Shown: piece by piece, positions 33,252 through 42,582 of the stretch
How the letters are laid out: every line of letters begins with the position of its first letter
Numbering within the stretch: position 1 is the first letter of the stretch
From: an alpha proteobacterium SCGC AAA028-C07
GTDB taxonomy: Bacteria; Pseudomonadota; Alphaproteobacteria; Pelagibacterales; Pelagibacteraceae
Direction of reading: 5' to 3'
Length of the DNA: 64,000 nucleotides
Assembly (NCBI GenBank): GCA_000419465.1
Contig: ATTB01000005.1
Location: forward strand, 9,209-73,208
Position numbers and translations under genes: made by a program
The notes under the pieces: model-generated
Database searches by the model: none
Told to the model about the DNA's origin: nothing
Seen by the model: the letters and a program-made list of their open reading frames with translations, nothing else

Positions 33252-34358
33252 ATGTCTATAATTAATATTATTATTCCATTTATAATTTTAATATCTGTTG
33301 TAGTTTTTGTGCATGAATATGGTCATTACTATTATGCAAAAAAATACGGTGTCAAAGTTACAGATTTTTCAATTGGTTTTGGTAAAGAACTATTTGGATG
33401 GACAGATAAAGATGGAACACGTTGGAAAATTTGTCTTATCCCTTTAGGAGGTTATGTAAAATTCTTTGGCGACGCTAATCCTGCAAGCCAACCTGAAAAG
33501 CTTTCTACTTTTTCTGAAAATGAAAAATCATATTTGCTTGCTACAAAAAAATTATATCAACGAGCAATTATAGTATCAGCGGGACCGATTGCTAATTTTG
33601 TTTTAGCTTTGGTTATCTTTTCTTGTGTTTACATGTTCTTTGGTAAAGATTTTTCAGTACCAGTTATTCAAGATGTTAAAATAGATAGTCCAGCTGATAA
33701 AGCCGGAATTAAAAAAGGCGATCAAATAATTAGAATTAATGATCAAAAAATTACTAGTATGATGGAAGTGTCGCAGTTTATTAGTTTATCTGACACAAAT
33801 TTAATTAAAATTTCAGTTCTTAGAGACAAAAAAGAATATGATTTTCAAGTTCAATCAATTGTTCAAGATACAAAAGATAATTTGGGCAACAATATAAGTC
33901 GTAAGATGATTGGAATTCAAATCATTCCCCTTAATAATGAAATCAATAGACAGAAGCTAGGACCAGCAAAAGCAATTTATTATTCTTTAAAAGAAATTTG
34001 GTTCACTATTTCATCCACTATGAGTTATGTCGGCAAAATGATTATTGGAACTGAAAAGGCTGATCAGTTGGGAGGACCTATAAAGATCGCTCAAATCTCA
34101 GGACAAGTTGCTGAACTTGGAATTATTCCGTTTCTTTCTATTATGGCTTACATTTCTATTAGTTTAGGATTGATTAATCTGTTCCCAATTCCATTATTAG
34201 ACGGTGGCCATTTATTATTTTATTTTTATGAGTTTGTTAGAGGCAAACCCTTGAGTGAAAAGATGCAAACTTACTTCTTTAAATTTGGTTTGTTTGTACT
34301 TTTTACTTTAATGTTTTTTTCGACCTATAATGACCTTAAAGGCTTAGGTCTTTTCTAA
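33252..34358 (+). CDS. rseP: RIP metalloprotease RseP
   Basis: HEYGH, FSIGFG, PLGGYV, PDZ domain, NLFPIPLLDGGH. Confidence 0.96.
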   Translation: MSIINIIIPFIILISVVVFVHEYGHYYYAKKYGVKVTDFSIGFGKELFGWTDKDGTRWKICLIPLGGYVKFFGDANPASQPEKLSTFSENEKSYLLATKKLYQRAIIVSAGPIANFVLALVIFSCVYMFFGKDFSVPVIQDVKIDSPADKAGIKKGDQIIRINDQKITSMMEVSQFISLSDTNLIKISVLRDKKEYDFQVQSIVQDTKDNLGNNISRKMIGIQIIPLNNEINRQKLGPAKAIYYSLKEIWFTISSTMSYVGKMIIGTEKADQLGGPIKIAQISGQVAELGIIPFLSIMAYISISLGLINLFPIPLLDGGHLLFYFYEFVRGKPLSEKMQTYFFKFGLFVLFTLMFFSTYNDLKGLGLF

Positions 34359-34402
34359 AAAGTCATACAAAACAACGCTTTAGTAAAAACCCTTATAAAT
34401 CA

Positions 34403-34449
34403 TATCAACATGTAGTGTTCAAAAATTGAGCAAATACTACATTTATGTT
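34403..34449. promoter_or_regulatory. tandem NrdR-box-like sites upstream of the HU gene
   Basis: TATCAACATGTAGTGT (34403-34418) and weaker ATACTACATTTATGTT (34434-34449), 31 bp apart; core CAACATGTAGT identical to the site before nrdA. Confidence 0.5.
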
Positions 34450-34505
34450 GATTTCCTATGTTTTTTAAACATTATTGAAATATCAACGAATCAAAAGGGT
34501 TAACA

Positions 34506-34781
34506 ATGAACAAAAAACAATTAGTGGCTAAAATAGCTACTGCTTGCAACATGGGCAAAAGTGATGCCGAAAAAACCTTTGATAAAATACAAGATATCAT
34601 TCTTGATGCATTGAAGAATGATGAAACTGTAAAAATCGCAGGTTTTGGTACGTATAAAGTTGCAAAAAGAAAAGCTAGAACTGGAAGAAATCCTAGAACT
34701 GGCGAAAGCATCCAAATTGGTGCTTCTCAAAAAGTTAAGTTTTTACCAGCAAAAGCTTTAAAAGAGATGTTTAATAAATAA
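34506..34781 (+). CDS. hup: DNA-binding protein HU
   Basis: MNKKQLV, GFGTY, RKARTGRNPRTGESIQI, KFLPAKALKE. Confidence 0.96.
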   Translation: MNKKQLVAKIATACNMGKSDAEKTFDKIQDIILDALKNDETVKIAGFGTYKVAKRKARTGRNPRTGESIQIGASQKVKFLPAKALKEMFNK

Positions 34782-34789
34782 TTTCGTTT

Positions 34790-34823
34790 TTAATAACTCA
34801 GCCTTTACTGGCTGAGTTATTAA
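34790..34823. terminator. hairpin terminator after HU
   Basis: 14-bp stem TTAATAACTCAGCC / GGCTGAGTTATTAA, 6-nt loop. Confidence 0.75.
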
Positions 34824-34976
34824 TCTTTAAGTCCTCAAGTAATTTTCAAATATTTTAAGATTAAAAGTTATTTAAAACTACTAACATCTTTTTGTTTTTT
34901 GAATTTTTTCAACCTTAACTTGTTTGTATATAAATTTAATTAATCTATAATTTAACTAAACAATTTGGAGAAAAAC

Positions 34977-35648
34977 ATGTTTTCTAAAGAACTAAATGCA
35001 AAATTAGATGAATTCCATCTTCTAAAACATCCATTCTATCAAGCATGGAATGAAGGCAAGTTAAGTAGAGAAATTATAAAAGATTACGCTGAACAATATT
35101 ATCATCACGTAAAAGCATTCCCTCGTTACATTAGCGCAACACACTCAATTTGCGAGGATATTGAGCAAAGAAAAATTCTACTAGAGAATTTAAATGATGA
35201 GGAAGATAAGCATAATGATCACCCTAAACTATGGAAGCAATTTGCTGTAGCTTTAGGAGCTGATAAAAATGAAATCGAGAAAGTAAAATTAGAAAAATTT
35301 ACTTCAGAGATGATTGATAATTTCTTTAAACAAGGAAGATCATCTTATGCAGAAGGACTTGCTTCTTTATATACTTACGAAAGACAAATCCCGGAAATTG
35401 CAGATGTTAAGATTGAAGGTCTTAAAAAGTTTTACGGTGTAGATTCAGAATCTGGACTTGCATTTTTTGAAACTCATAAAAAAGCTGATGTGTATCACAG
35501 ACAAGAGTGTGAGGTTTTGCTAGATAATCTTTCTAAAGACGATCAGTCAAAAGCAGAAACTGCAGCTCTTAAAACTGCAAAACATTTGTGGAATTTTCTT
35601 TCAGGCATAGCTCAAAAACATAATCTAAGCGTTCAAGCAGCAGCCTAA
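34977..35648 (+). CDS. CADD-family heme-oxygenase-like dimetal oxidase (putative pABA synthase)
   Basis: HPFYQAWNEGKL, EQYYHHVKAFPRYISA, NLNDEE..HPKLW, LYTYERQIPEIADVKIEGL, FFETHKKADVYH; GGAG RBS before ATG 34977. Confidence 0.85.
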   Translation: MFSKELNAKLDEFHLLKHPFYQAWNEGKLSREIIKDYAEQYYHHVKAFPRYISATHSICEDIEQRKILLENLNDEEDKHNDHPKLWKQFAVALGADKNEIEKVKLEKFTSEMIDNFFKQGRSSYAEGLASLYTYERQIPEIADVKIEGLKKFYGVDSESGLAFFETHKKADVYHRQECEVLLDNLSKDDQSKAETAALKTAKHLWNFLSGIAQKHNLSVQAAA

Positions 35649-35659
35649 ATAAGTTTTTT

Positions 35660-35696
35660 TAAATATCCTGTGGCAAACTAAGTCACAGGATATTTA
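35660..35696 (+). terminator. intrinsic terminator after the CADD-like gene
   Basis: Stem TAAATATCCTGTGGC / GTCACAGGATATTTA followed by T-rich sequence. Confidence 0.75.
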
Positions 35697-35720
35697 TTTT
35701 ATTAGTTTAAGATATTAATT

Positions 35721-36881
35721 ATGAAAATTGAAAAACCATCTTCAAAACCAGAGAGAGCTTTTTTTTCATCAGGCCCTTGCGCTAAAAGGCCAGGCTGGTC
35801 TATTGCTAATCTTCCAATTTTTACTTTAGGAAGATCACATCGATCTAAGATCGCTAAAGATAAATTAAAAGAACTAATCACTTTATCAAAATCATTATTA
35901 AAACTTCCAAACGATTATAAAGTTGGAATTGTTGCAGGTTCAGATACAGGCGCAATTGAAATGGCAATGTGGAGTTTACTTGGAGCTACAGGAGTTGATA
36001 TTCTGGGTTGGGAAAATTTTGGTAACGATTGGGTTAAAGATGCTGTTAGCCAATTAAAAATAAAAAATTTAAATGTCCATAAAGCTGATTATGGAAAACT
36101 TCCCGATTTAACAAAAATAGATTTTAATAATGATGTTGTATTTACATGGAATGGAACTAGTTCCGGAGTATGTCTTCCAGATGCTAATTGGATAAAAGAT
36201 GATCGAAAAGGCCTTACAATATGTGATGCAACGTCATCGGTTTTTGCAATGCCAATGGATTGGAAAAAACTAGATGTTATTACATGGTCATGGCAGAAAG
36301 TTTTAGGAGGAGAAGCCGCGCATGGAATGATTGCATTATCCCCTAAAGCTTTGGAAAGACTTAAAACATATCAGCCTAATTGGCCAATTCCTAAAATTTT
36401 TAGATTAGCTGAAGATAAAAAAGTAATCGAGGGTGTTTTTGAAGGAGAAACTATTAACACTCCATCAATGCTTTGTGTTGAAGATTGTGTAGATGCATTA
36501 TTATGGATTGAATCTATTGGTGGCTCAGAAGGAGCTATTAAAAGATCAAAGAAAAATTTAGAAGAAGTTAAATTTTTTGTAAAAGAAAATAAAGACTGGA
36601 TTGATTTTTTAGCGGAAAAAGAAAATACAATTTCATCAACTAGTATTTGTTTAAAAATTACTGATCCAAAATTTAAAAAATTAAGCAAAGAAGATCAAGC
36701 ATCTAAATTAAAGACTATCAATCAAATATTAGAAAAAGAAAATATTGCTTATGATATTAATTCTTATAGAACTGCACCAGCAGGTTTTAGAATTTGGGGT
36801 GGGGCCACAATTGAGACAACCGATATAGAAAAATTGCTTCCCTGGATTAAGTGGGCTTATTTGACAAATTTAAATGTATAA
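35721..36881 (+). CDS. serC: phosphoserine aminotransferase (Methanosarcina/alphaproteobacterial type)
   Basis: [41 protein letters not shown]. Confidence 0.95.
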   Translation: MKIEKPSSKPERAFFSSGPCAKRPGWSIANLPIFTLGRSHRSKIAKDKLKELITLSKSLLKLPNDYKVGIVAGSDTGAIEMAMWSLLGATGVDILGWENFGNDWVKDAVSQLKIKNLNVHKADYGKLPDLTKIDFNNDVVFTWNGTSSGVCLPDANWIKDDRKGLTICDATSSVFAMPMDWKKLDVITWSWQKVLGGEAAHGMIALSPKALERLKTYQPNWPIPKIFRLAEDKKVIEGVFEGETINTPSMLCVEDCVDALLWIESIGGSEGAIKRSKKNLEEVKFFVKENKDWIDFLAEKENTISSTSICLKITDPKFKKLSKEDQASKLKTINQILEKENIAYDINSYRTAPAGFRIWGGATIETTDIEKLLPWIKWAYLTNLNV

Positions 36882-38466
36882 AGTTTTAATAGCAGACAAA
36901 CTTAGTAATGAGGCGTTAGCCATTTTTAAAGAAAATGGAATTGAAGCTATTACTAAGACAGATCTTGACGCCAAATCATTAATAAAAGAATTACAAGATT
37001 GCGATGGTCTGGTTGTAAGATCTGCAACAAAAGCAACCAAAGAAGTAATAGAGTCTTGTAAAAAACTTAAGGTTATCGGCAGAGCTGGAATTGGAGTTGA
37101 TAACGTAGATCTTGATGCCGCCACAAGTAATGGCAAAGTTGTAATGAATACTCCATTTGGAAATTCAATCACAACAGCAGAGCATGCAATTACATTAATA
37201 CTTTCGACAGCAAGACAAATTCCTTATGCAGATAAAACTACTCACGAGGGGAAATGGGAAAAATCTACCATCAAAGGAGTAGAAGTTACCGGAAAGACTC
37301 TAGGAATTATTGGCTGTGGAAACATTGGAACAATTGTTGCGCAACGTGCGTTAGGTCTTCAGTTTAAAGTAATTGTTTTTGATCCATTCTTACAAGACAA
37401 ACGAGCATTGGAGCTTGGAGTTGAAAAAGTAACTTTAGATGATTTATTTAAAAGATCAGATTTTATTACTTTACACACACCACTTAATGAAAAAACAAAA
37501 AAAATAGTTAGCAAAGAGGCATTCAAAAAAATGAAGAAAGGTGTCCGTGTTGTTAATTGTGCGCGAGGAGGTCTTGTTGATGAAGCTGCTTTAAAAGAAA
37601 ATTTAGAAAGCGGACATGTTGCAAGTGCCGCTTTAGATGTTTTTGTTGAGGAGCCTCCAAAGGGTAGTCCTTTATTAGGAACTAAAAACTTAATTCTTAC
37701 GCCACATTTAGGAGCATCAACAACAGAAGCGCAAGAAAAAGTAGCAGTGCAGATTGCTGAGCAAATATCAGATTATTTAAAAACAGGAGCTATTACTAAT
37801 GCAGTGAATACTTTTTCTTTAACTGCAAAAGAATACCAATCAGTTAAACCATTTTTAAAACTATCAAGTTTGCTAGGCGGTTTTGCTGGGCAATTAACAG
37901 AGAACGCTATTAAATCAATCCAGATAGAATTTGAAGGAACAGCTGCAAATGTAAATAGTGTTCCGCTTACACAAACTATTATTTATAGTTTATTAAAACC
38001 AACAACGGATAGTATTAATATTATTAATTCTGTTTTGGTTGCAAAAAGCAAATCAATTTCAATTTCAGAAGTTAAACATCAAAAAGAAAACGATTATCAG
38101 TCTTTAATTAAATTAACTGTTGTTACAGACAAGCAGTCACGTTCAGTATCTGGAACAATTTTTGGCGGCAGAGCCAGAATAGTTGAAATTAAAGGAATTA
38201 AAATTGAAGCAGACTTATCAGAGCATAACTTATACGTAACAAACCAAGACAAGCCTGGTTTTGTAAAAGATTTATCAAAGATTTTAGCTGATAATAAAAT
38301 TAACATAGCAACTTTTCACTTAGGCAGGTTAAGCAGCGGCGGTGAGGCGATTGCGATCATTTCAACAGATAATAAGATCGAAAATTCCGTTATAGAAAGC
38401 ATCAAAAAAATTCCTTTAGTGATTCAAGCTAAATATATTCAATTTAAAGATAAAGAGTATGAATAG
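36874..38466 (+). CDS. serA: D-3-phosphoglycerate dehydrogenase
   Basis: [29 protein letters not shown]-terminal ACT domain. Confidence 0.97.
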   Translation: MYKVLIADKLSNEALAIFKENGIEAITKTDLDAKSLIKELQDCDGLVVRSATKATKEVIESCKKLKVIGRAGIGVDNVDLDAATSNGKVVMNTPFGNSITTAEHAITLILSTARQIPYADKTTHEGKWEKSTIKGVEVTGKTLGIIGCGNIGTIVAQRALGLQFKVIVFDPFLQDKRALELGVEKVTLDDLFKRSDFITLHTPLNEKTKKIVSKEAFKKMKKGVRVVNCARGGLVDEAALKENLESGHVASAALDVFVEEPPKGSPLLGTKNLILTPHLGASTTEAQEKVAVQIAEQISDYLKTGAITNAVNTFSLTAKEYQSVKPFLKLSSLLGGFAGQLTENAIKSIQIEFEGTAANVNSVPLTQTIIYSLLKPTTDSINIINSVLVAKSKSISISEVKHQKENDYQSLIKLTVVTDKQSRSVSGTIFGGRARIVEIKGIKIEADLSEHNLYVTNQDKPGFVKDLSKILADNKINIATFHLGRLSSGGEAIAIISTDNKIENSVIESIKKIPLVIQAKYIQFKDKEYE

Positions 38467-39343
38467 TTCTTCTGAACTAGTCTGTACTTTTGTATCTAAA
38501 AAAAAATTAGACTATAAAAAAATTATAAATTTTTTCTCAAAAATTCAAAATACTAATAGTTATAAAATCCTCTCAGATAGAGCTCTCGATCTTTATTGTG
38601 AAGATATTAGTAAAAAAAACAAAGATAGACTTAGACAATTTTGCTTTAAAAAAAAGATTGATATTTGTATTCAAAAATCAAAATGGAGAAAAAAGAAAAT
38701 ATTTTTAGCAGATATGGATGCAACTATGATTAAGGATGAAACTTTAGACAATCTTGTAAAGATTGCAGGAATAAAAGCGGATATTGATAAATTAAGTAAA
38801 CTTGCAATGGATGGAAAAATTAGTCTTAGAGATACATTAAAATTTAGAGTCAGCTATTTAAAAGGCAAAAGTACACAGCTTATAAAACGAGTTATAAAAA
38901 AAATCAGATTTAATGAAGGTTCAAAAATTTTAGTAAAAACTTTAAATAAGAATGGTTATCATACAAGTTTAGTGACGGGAGGCTTTCAGCCAATTTCAAC
39001 TTATGTTGGAAAAGTTTTAGGTTTTAAAAAAGTAGTCAGTAACAGATTTGTTGTAAAAAATAATAAATTTACAGGAGAATACATTCCGATTACTGGAAAG
39101 CAGAATTCAAAATTAGTTTATTTAAATGAGATATGTAAGGAAAGAAAATTAGATAAACTAAAACATGCCCTTGCTGTTGGTGATGGTGCTAATGATCTAG
39201 GAATGCTACAGAATTCAGGACTTGGAATAGGTTATCATTCTCATCAAATAGTAAAAAAATTAGTTGATAATCAAATTCAATTTACTGATCTTAAAACTAT
39301 TTTATTTTATTTAGGATTTACTGAAAAAGAATTTTCTAAATAG
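38459..39343 (+). CDS. serB: phosphoserine phosphatase
   Basis: HAD motifs DMDAT, VTGGF, GDGANDLGM; operon with serC-serA. Confidence 0.92.
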   Translation: MNSSSELVCTFVSKKKLDYKKIINFFSKIQNTNSYKILSDRALDLYCEDISKKNKDRLRQFCFKKKIDICIQKSKWRKKKIFLADMDATMIKDETLDNLVKIAGIKADIDKLSKLAMDGKISLRDTLKFRVSYLKGKSTQLIKRVIKKIRFNEGSKILVKTLNKNGYHTSLVTGGFQPISTYVGKVLGFKKVVSNRFVVKNNKFTGEYIPITGKQNSKLVYLNEICKERKLDKLKHALAVGDGANDLGMLQNSGLGIGYHSHQIVKKLVDNQIQFTDLKTILFYLGFTEKEFSK

Positions 39344-39797
39344 ACTCTTTAAGACAACTTAATACTTCTTTTGCGTGCTCTTTAACTTTAACATTCTTCC
39401 AAATTTTTATTATTTTGCCTTTTGGACTAATTAAAACAGTTGTTCTTTTAATACCCATAAATTTTTTACCATACATACTTTTTTCACCCCAAGCTTGATA
39501 TTTTTTAAGAGCCACAATTTTTTCATCAGACAATAACTGAAATGGAATTTTGAATTTTCTAATAAATTTTTTGTGACTTTCAATGCTATCTTTTGAAATT
39601 CCAAAGATTTCACAGTTTAATTTTTTAAATTCTTTATATAATTTTGAAAAATCTTTAGCTTCATTAGTGCAGCCTGGAGTATTATCTCTTGGATAAAAGT
39701 ATATTATTAAAAACTTATTTTTATTCTTTTTAAGCTCAAATTCCTTATTGTTACTTGATGGAATTTTAAAATTAGGCGCTAATTCTTTTTCTTTCAT
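39336..39797 (-). CDS. bcp: peroxiredoxin Bcp
   Basis: YFYPRDNTPGCTNEA. Confidence 0.93.
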   Translation of the reverse strand: MKEKELAPNFKIPSSNNKEFELKKNKNKFLIIYFYPRDNTPGCTNEAKDFSKLYKEFKKLNCEIFGISKDSIESHKKFIRKFKIPFQLLSDEKIVALKKYQAWGEKSMYGKKFMGIKRTTVLISPKGKIIKIWKNVKVKEHAKEVLSCLKESI

Positions 39798-39846
39798 TAT
39801 TAATATTATATTTAAAAAATTGAAAATACTTTATAAAATGATCTTA

Positions 39847-40239
39847 ATGAAGATAAAATCACACAAGCAATTAGTTGAAGAAGCTAGTTTAGAAATTGAA
39901 AACCTTACCCCCGAAGAAGCCAAGGCAATATTTAATGACAATACTATTTTTATAGATATTAGAGATATTAGGGAATTATGGAGAGAAGGAACGGTTGAGA
40001 ATTCAAAACATATACCTAGAGGCATGTTAGAATTTTGGTTAGATCCAAGTAGTCATTATTATAAGGAAGAGTTTGCAGTCGAGAAAAAAAAGATATTATT
40101 TTGCGCTCAAGGAATGAGATCTGCTCTGGCTGCTAAAACTCTAAAAGATATGGGCTTTACTAATGTAGCTCATATTAAAGGTGGATTTGAAGCATTAAAG
40201 AAATCTGATTTTAAAGTAGTTGAAGTTAAAAAAAAATAA
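39847..40239 (+). CDS. rhodanese-like domain protein
   Basis: IDIRDIREL, PRGMLEFW, CAQGMRSALAA; likely start ATG 39847. Confidence 0.88.
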   Translation: MKIKSHKQLVEEASLEIENLTPEEAKAIFNDNTIFIDIRDIRELWREGTVENSKHIPRGMLEFWLDPSSHYYKEEFAVEKKKILFCAQGMRSALAAKTLKDMGFTNVAHIKGGFEALKKSDFKVVEVKKK

Positions 40240-40824
40240 TTATTTTTTTGCTTCATTTAGCACAAAGTCTAATCGGTCTTGTCCCCAAAACATCTTTCCA
40301 TTTACTATAAAAGTCGGAACACCAAATACGCCTTTATTAAAAGAGTCATTTGTTCTTTTAATAAGATCATTTTTAATTACAGGATCGTTATATTTTAATG
40401 AAAATAAATCAGCATTTACATCTTGCCCTTTTATAAATTTTAAAAATACTTCCTCGTCATTCATGTTCATAGAGTCAACCCAAATGGCGTTAAAAGCTTT
40501 ATCGACAAAAGATCTAAAGAAATTATCCTTCTCAGCAACTAATGCTGCTCTCATTAGATTAAGAGTCTTAATAGGAAAATATCTATTGAATTGATATTTA
40601 ACTTTATATTTATCAGCCCAAAGTTTGCAGTCTTTAATTAAATATTTTGCTTTAAGAGGAATAAATGCTGGTGCAGTAATTCCTGCTAATTTATGAAGGC
40701 CACCAACAAGAGTTGGCATATAATTTACTTTTTCACCGGTTTCTTTTTCAAATTTTTTAATTTGTGTGTGAGCTAGATACGAATAAGGACTTCCAAAATC
40801 AAAGTAGAAATCTATTTTCTTCAT
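40240..40824 (-). CDS. 2-hydroxychromene-2-carboxylate isomerase / DsbA-like (GST kappa) protein
   Basis: DFYFDFGSPYSYLA, GVFGVPTF, FWGQDRL. Confidence 0.92.
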   Translation of the reverse strand: MKKIDFYFDFGSPYSYLAHTQIKKFEKETGEKVNYMPTLVGGLHKLAGITAPAFIPLKAKYLIKDCKLWADKYKVKYQFNRYFPIKTLNLMRAALVAEKDNFFRSFVDKAFNAIWVDSMNMNDEEVFLKFIKGQDVNADLFSLKYNDPVIKNDLIKRTNDSFNKGVFGVPTFIVNGKMFWGQDRLDFVLNEAKK

Positions 40825-40865
40825 AGTTATTTATAACTCTGAAATAAATTATTAGCTACTAAGAC

Positions 40866-41360
40866 TTAATCAAATAATTTTAATTTTTGCGCAGCAAGAA
40901 GTCTTAAAATTAAATAAACACCAAGTCCTATAGGACCCACAAAATAAGTAAGCACCAAAGGTAACAAGACTATGTATTGAAGAGCTTTGTTTTTAGCGGC
41001 ATCTGTTGCAATCCAAGCTCCAAGAACAAGATTTGTAGTTAAAAAATGTATCCAAAATAATAATAATACGTTTTTATCGTTCAAGATCTTCTTAAGCTGA
41101 TCAATGCCCATATAAAGTTCAAATGTTTTTCCTTTATCTAAGATGTTAGAAAATATTCCCTCAGAAGTATTTATATAAATATAAAAAACATAAAAATAAG
41201 TAAGACCTAATATTAAAGGAACAAGTATACTGTTGACCAAAAATTTAGTCCCATTCCATCCCGGTAAAAAAGCTAAAAGAATCCACAATGGAATAACACC
41301 AATGTTTGTGAAATGATAAATCATTTCAAGAGTAAAAAAATCTTTTAAAGTACTAAGCAT
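40866..41360 (-). CDS. ABA4-like (DUF4281) membrane protein
   Basis: PLWILLAFLP, FWIHFL, GAWI..DA, LTYFVGPIGL. Confidence 0.82.
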   Translation of the reverse strand: MLSTLKDFFTLEMIYHFTNIGVIPLWILLAFLPGWNGTKFLVNSILVPLILGLTYFYVFYIYINTSEGIFSNILDKGKTFELYMGIDQLKKILNDKNVLLLFWIHFLTTNLVLGAWIATDAAKNKALQYIVLLPLVLTYFVGPIGLGVYLILRLLAAQKLKLFD

Positions 41361-41380
41361 GTGTTAGTAACGATTATTAT

Positions 41381-41941
41381 ATGAGATTCAATAAATCTGC
41401 AAAACAATCAATAAATAGCAGAGAAGATATCAAAGAGCTGTCCCTAAAATATCTTGATAAATATCAACCCTCAAAAAAAGATCTTAGAATTTATTTATAT
41501 AGAAAAGTGCTGGATACTGACTATTTAGATAAAGATAAAGAAAGCATTTTAAGAGAAATAGACATGGTTATTGATAACCTTGAGAGCATGGGAGTTATAA
41601 ACGATACAATTTATTCGGAAATAAAATCAAAGAATTATTTAAAAAAAGGTTATTCATTAAACAAAATAAGAATGAATTTAGCTCAAAAAGGTATCGATGG
41701 AGATTTGTTAAAAAAAACAATGAACGATATTCAAAAAGATAATGTTGATCCTGATTTTTATGCAGCAATAAGGGTCTGTCGAAGAAGAAGAATAGGACCT
41801 TATCGTCCTGATGCGAATAGACAGATTTTTTATACGAAAGATACCGGTGTTCTTGCTAGAGCTGGTTTTAGCTATGCTACTTCTAAAAATGTTTTAGGTT
41901 TAGATAAAAAAGAACTTAAGATTTTCGAGAAGAAGATTTAG
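41381..41941 (+). CDS. recX: RecX family regulatory protein
   Basis: LSLKYLDKY, GVINDTIY, KGYS..KI..NLAQKGI, RRRRIGPYR, LARAGFS. Confidence 0.82.
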   Translation: MRFNKSAKQSINSREDIKELSLKYLDKYQPSKKDLRIYLYRKVLDTDYLDKDKESILREIDMVIDNLESMGVINDTIYSEIKSKNYLKKGYSLNKIRMNLAQKGIDGDLLKKTMNDIQKDNVDPDFYAAIRVCRRRRIGPYRPDANRQIFYTKDTGVLARAGFSYATSKNVLGLDKKELKIFEKKI

Positions 41942-42074
41942 ATTTTTTTTTTAATTTTTCACTTAAAACTAAGTCATCAATTTTTTTTTTAAGAATATTT
42001 GAAACTAGAAAAAAGAGAATAACCCCAAATAAAGAAGCAAAACTAATAATTATTAGCGCTACTTCAGTTTTCAT
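41916..42074 (-). CDS. possible small single-TM protein, 52 aa
   Basis: Manual translation MKTEVALIIISFASLFGVILFFLVSNILKKKIDDLVLSEKLKKKSKSSSRKS; fills the gap after the lipoprotein gene. Confidence 0.45.
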   Translation of the reverse strand: MKTEVALIIISFASLFGVILFFLVSNILKKKIDDLVLSEKLKKKSKSSSRKS

Positions 42075-42089
42075 TTAAAATGTAATTAA

Positions 42090-42539
42090 TTAATTAATTC
42101 TTTTAATTCCCAAGGAATTAAAGTCTTTATGTAAAACTTGATTTAAAGTTAACAGATAGATTTCATTAGTCGGTGATGTTTTTTCTACAGATACCGTTTT
42201 TAATTTTGGTGCAATCGAAGCTAAAGAGGATTTGTTATTTTGTTTTTGTGACGTAACTTTAATTTTGGGTGCTGTTATATTACTCTCTGCGACCTCTTTA
42301 TCTTTGCAAAATGATTGAGGGTTACTTAAATTTTCAATGTTAATCTCACAATCTTTATCTGTTACTTTTGAAAGCGCATGTTCAGACATTTTTTTTCCAG
42401 TATGTTTCTTTATTCCATAATCAATAAGGTTTGAAGCAATTGAGGTTGGATTAAATATTGTTTCAGTTAAGCTTGCTGAAATTAAACTTCCACAGGAATT
42501 CAGTAGCAACACTGAAAATATTAGAAATAATTTTCTCAT
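42090..42539 (-). CDS. hypothetical lipoprotein
   Basis: MRK + hydrophobic stretch + lipobox LNSC; TGKKMSEHALSKVTDKDC motif. Confidence 0.7.
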   Translation of the reverse strand: MRKLFLIFSVLLLNSCGSLISASLTETIFNPTSIASNLIDYGIKKHTGKKMSEHALSKVTDKDCEINIENLSNPQSFCKDKEVAESNITAPKIKVTSQKQNNKSSLASIAPKLKTVSVEKTSPTNEIYLLTLNQVLHKDFNSLGIKRIN

Positions 42540-42582
42540 TATTAAATATTATTTTACGTAAATTCGCTTTAAAAGGGAATAA

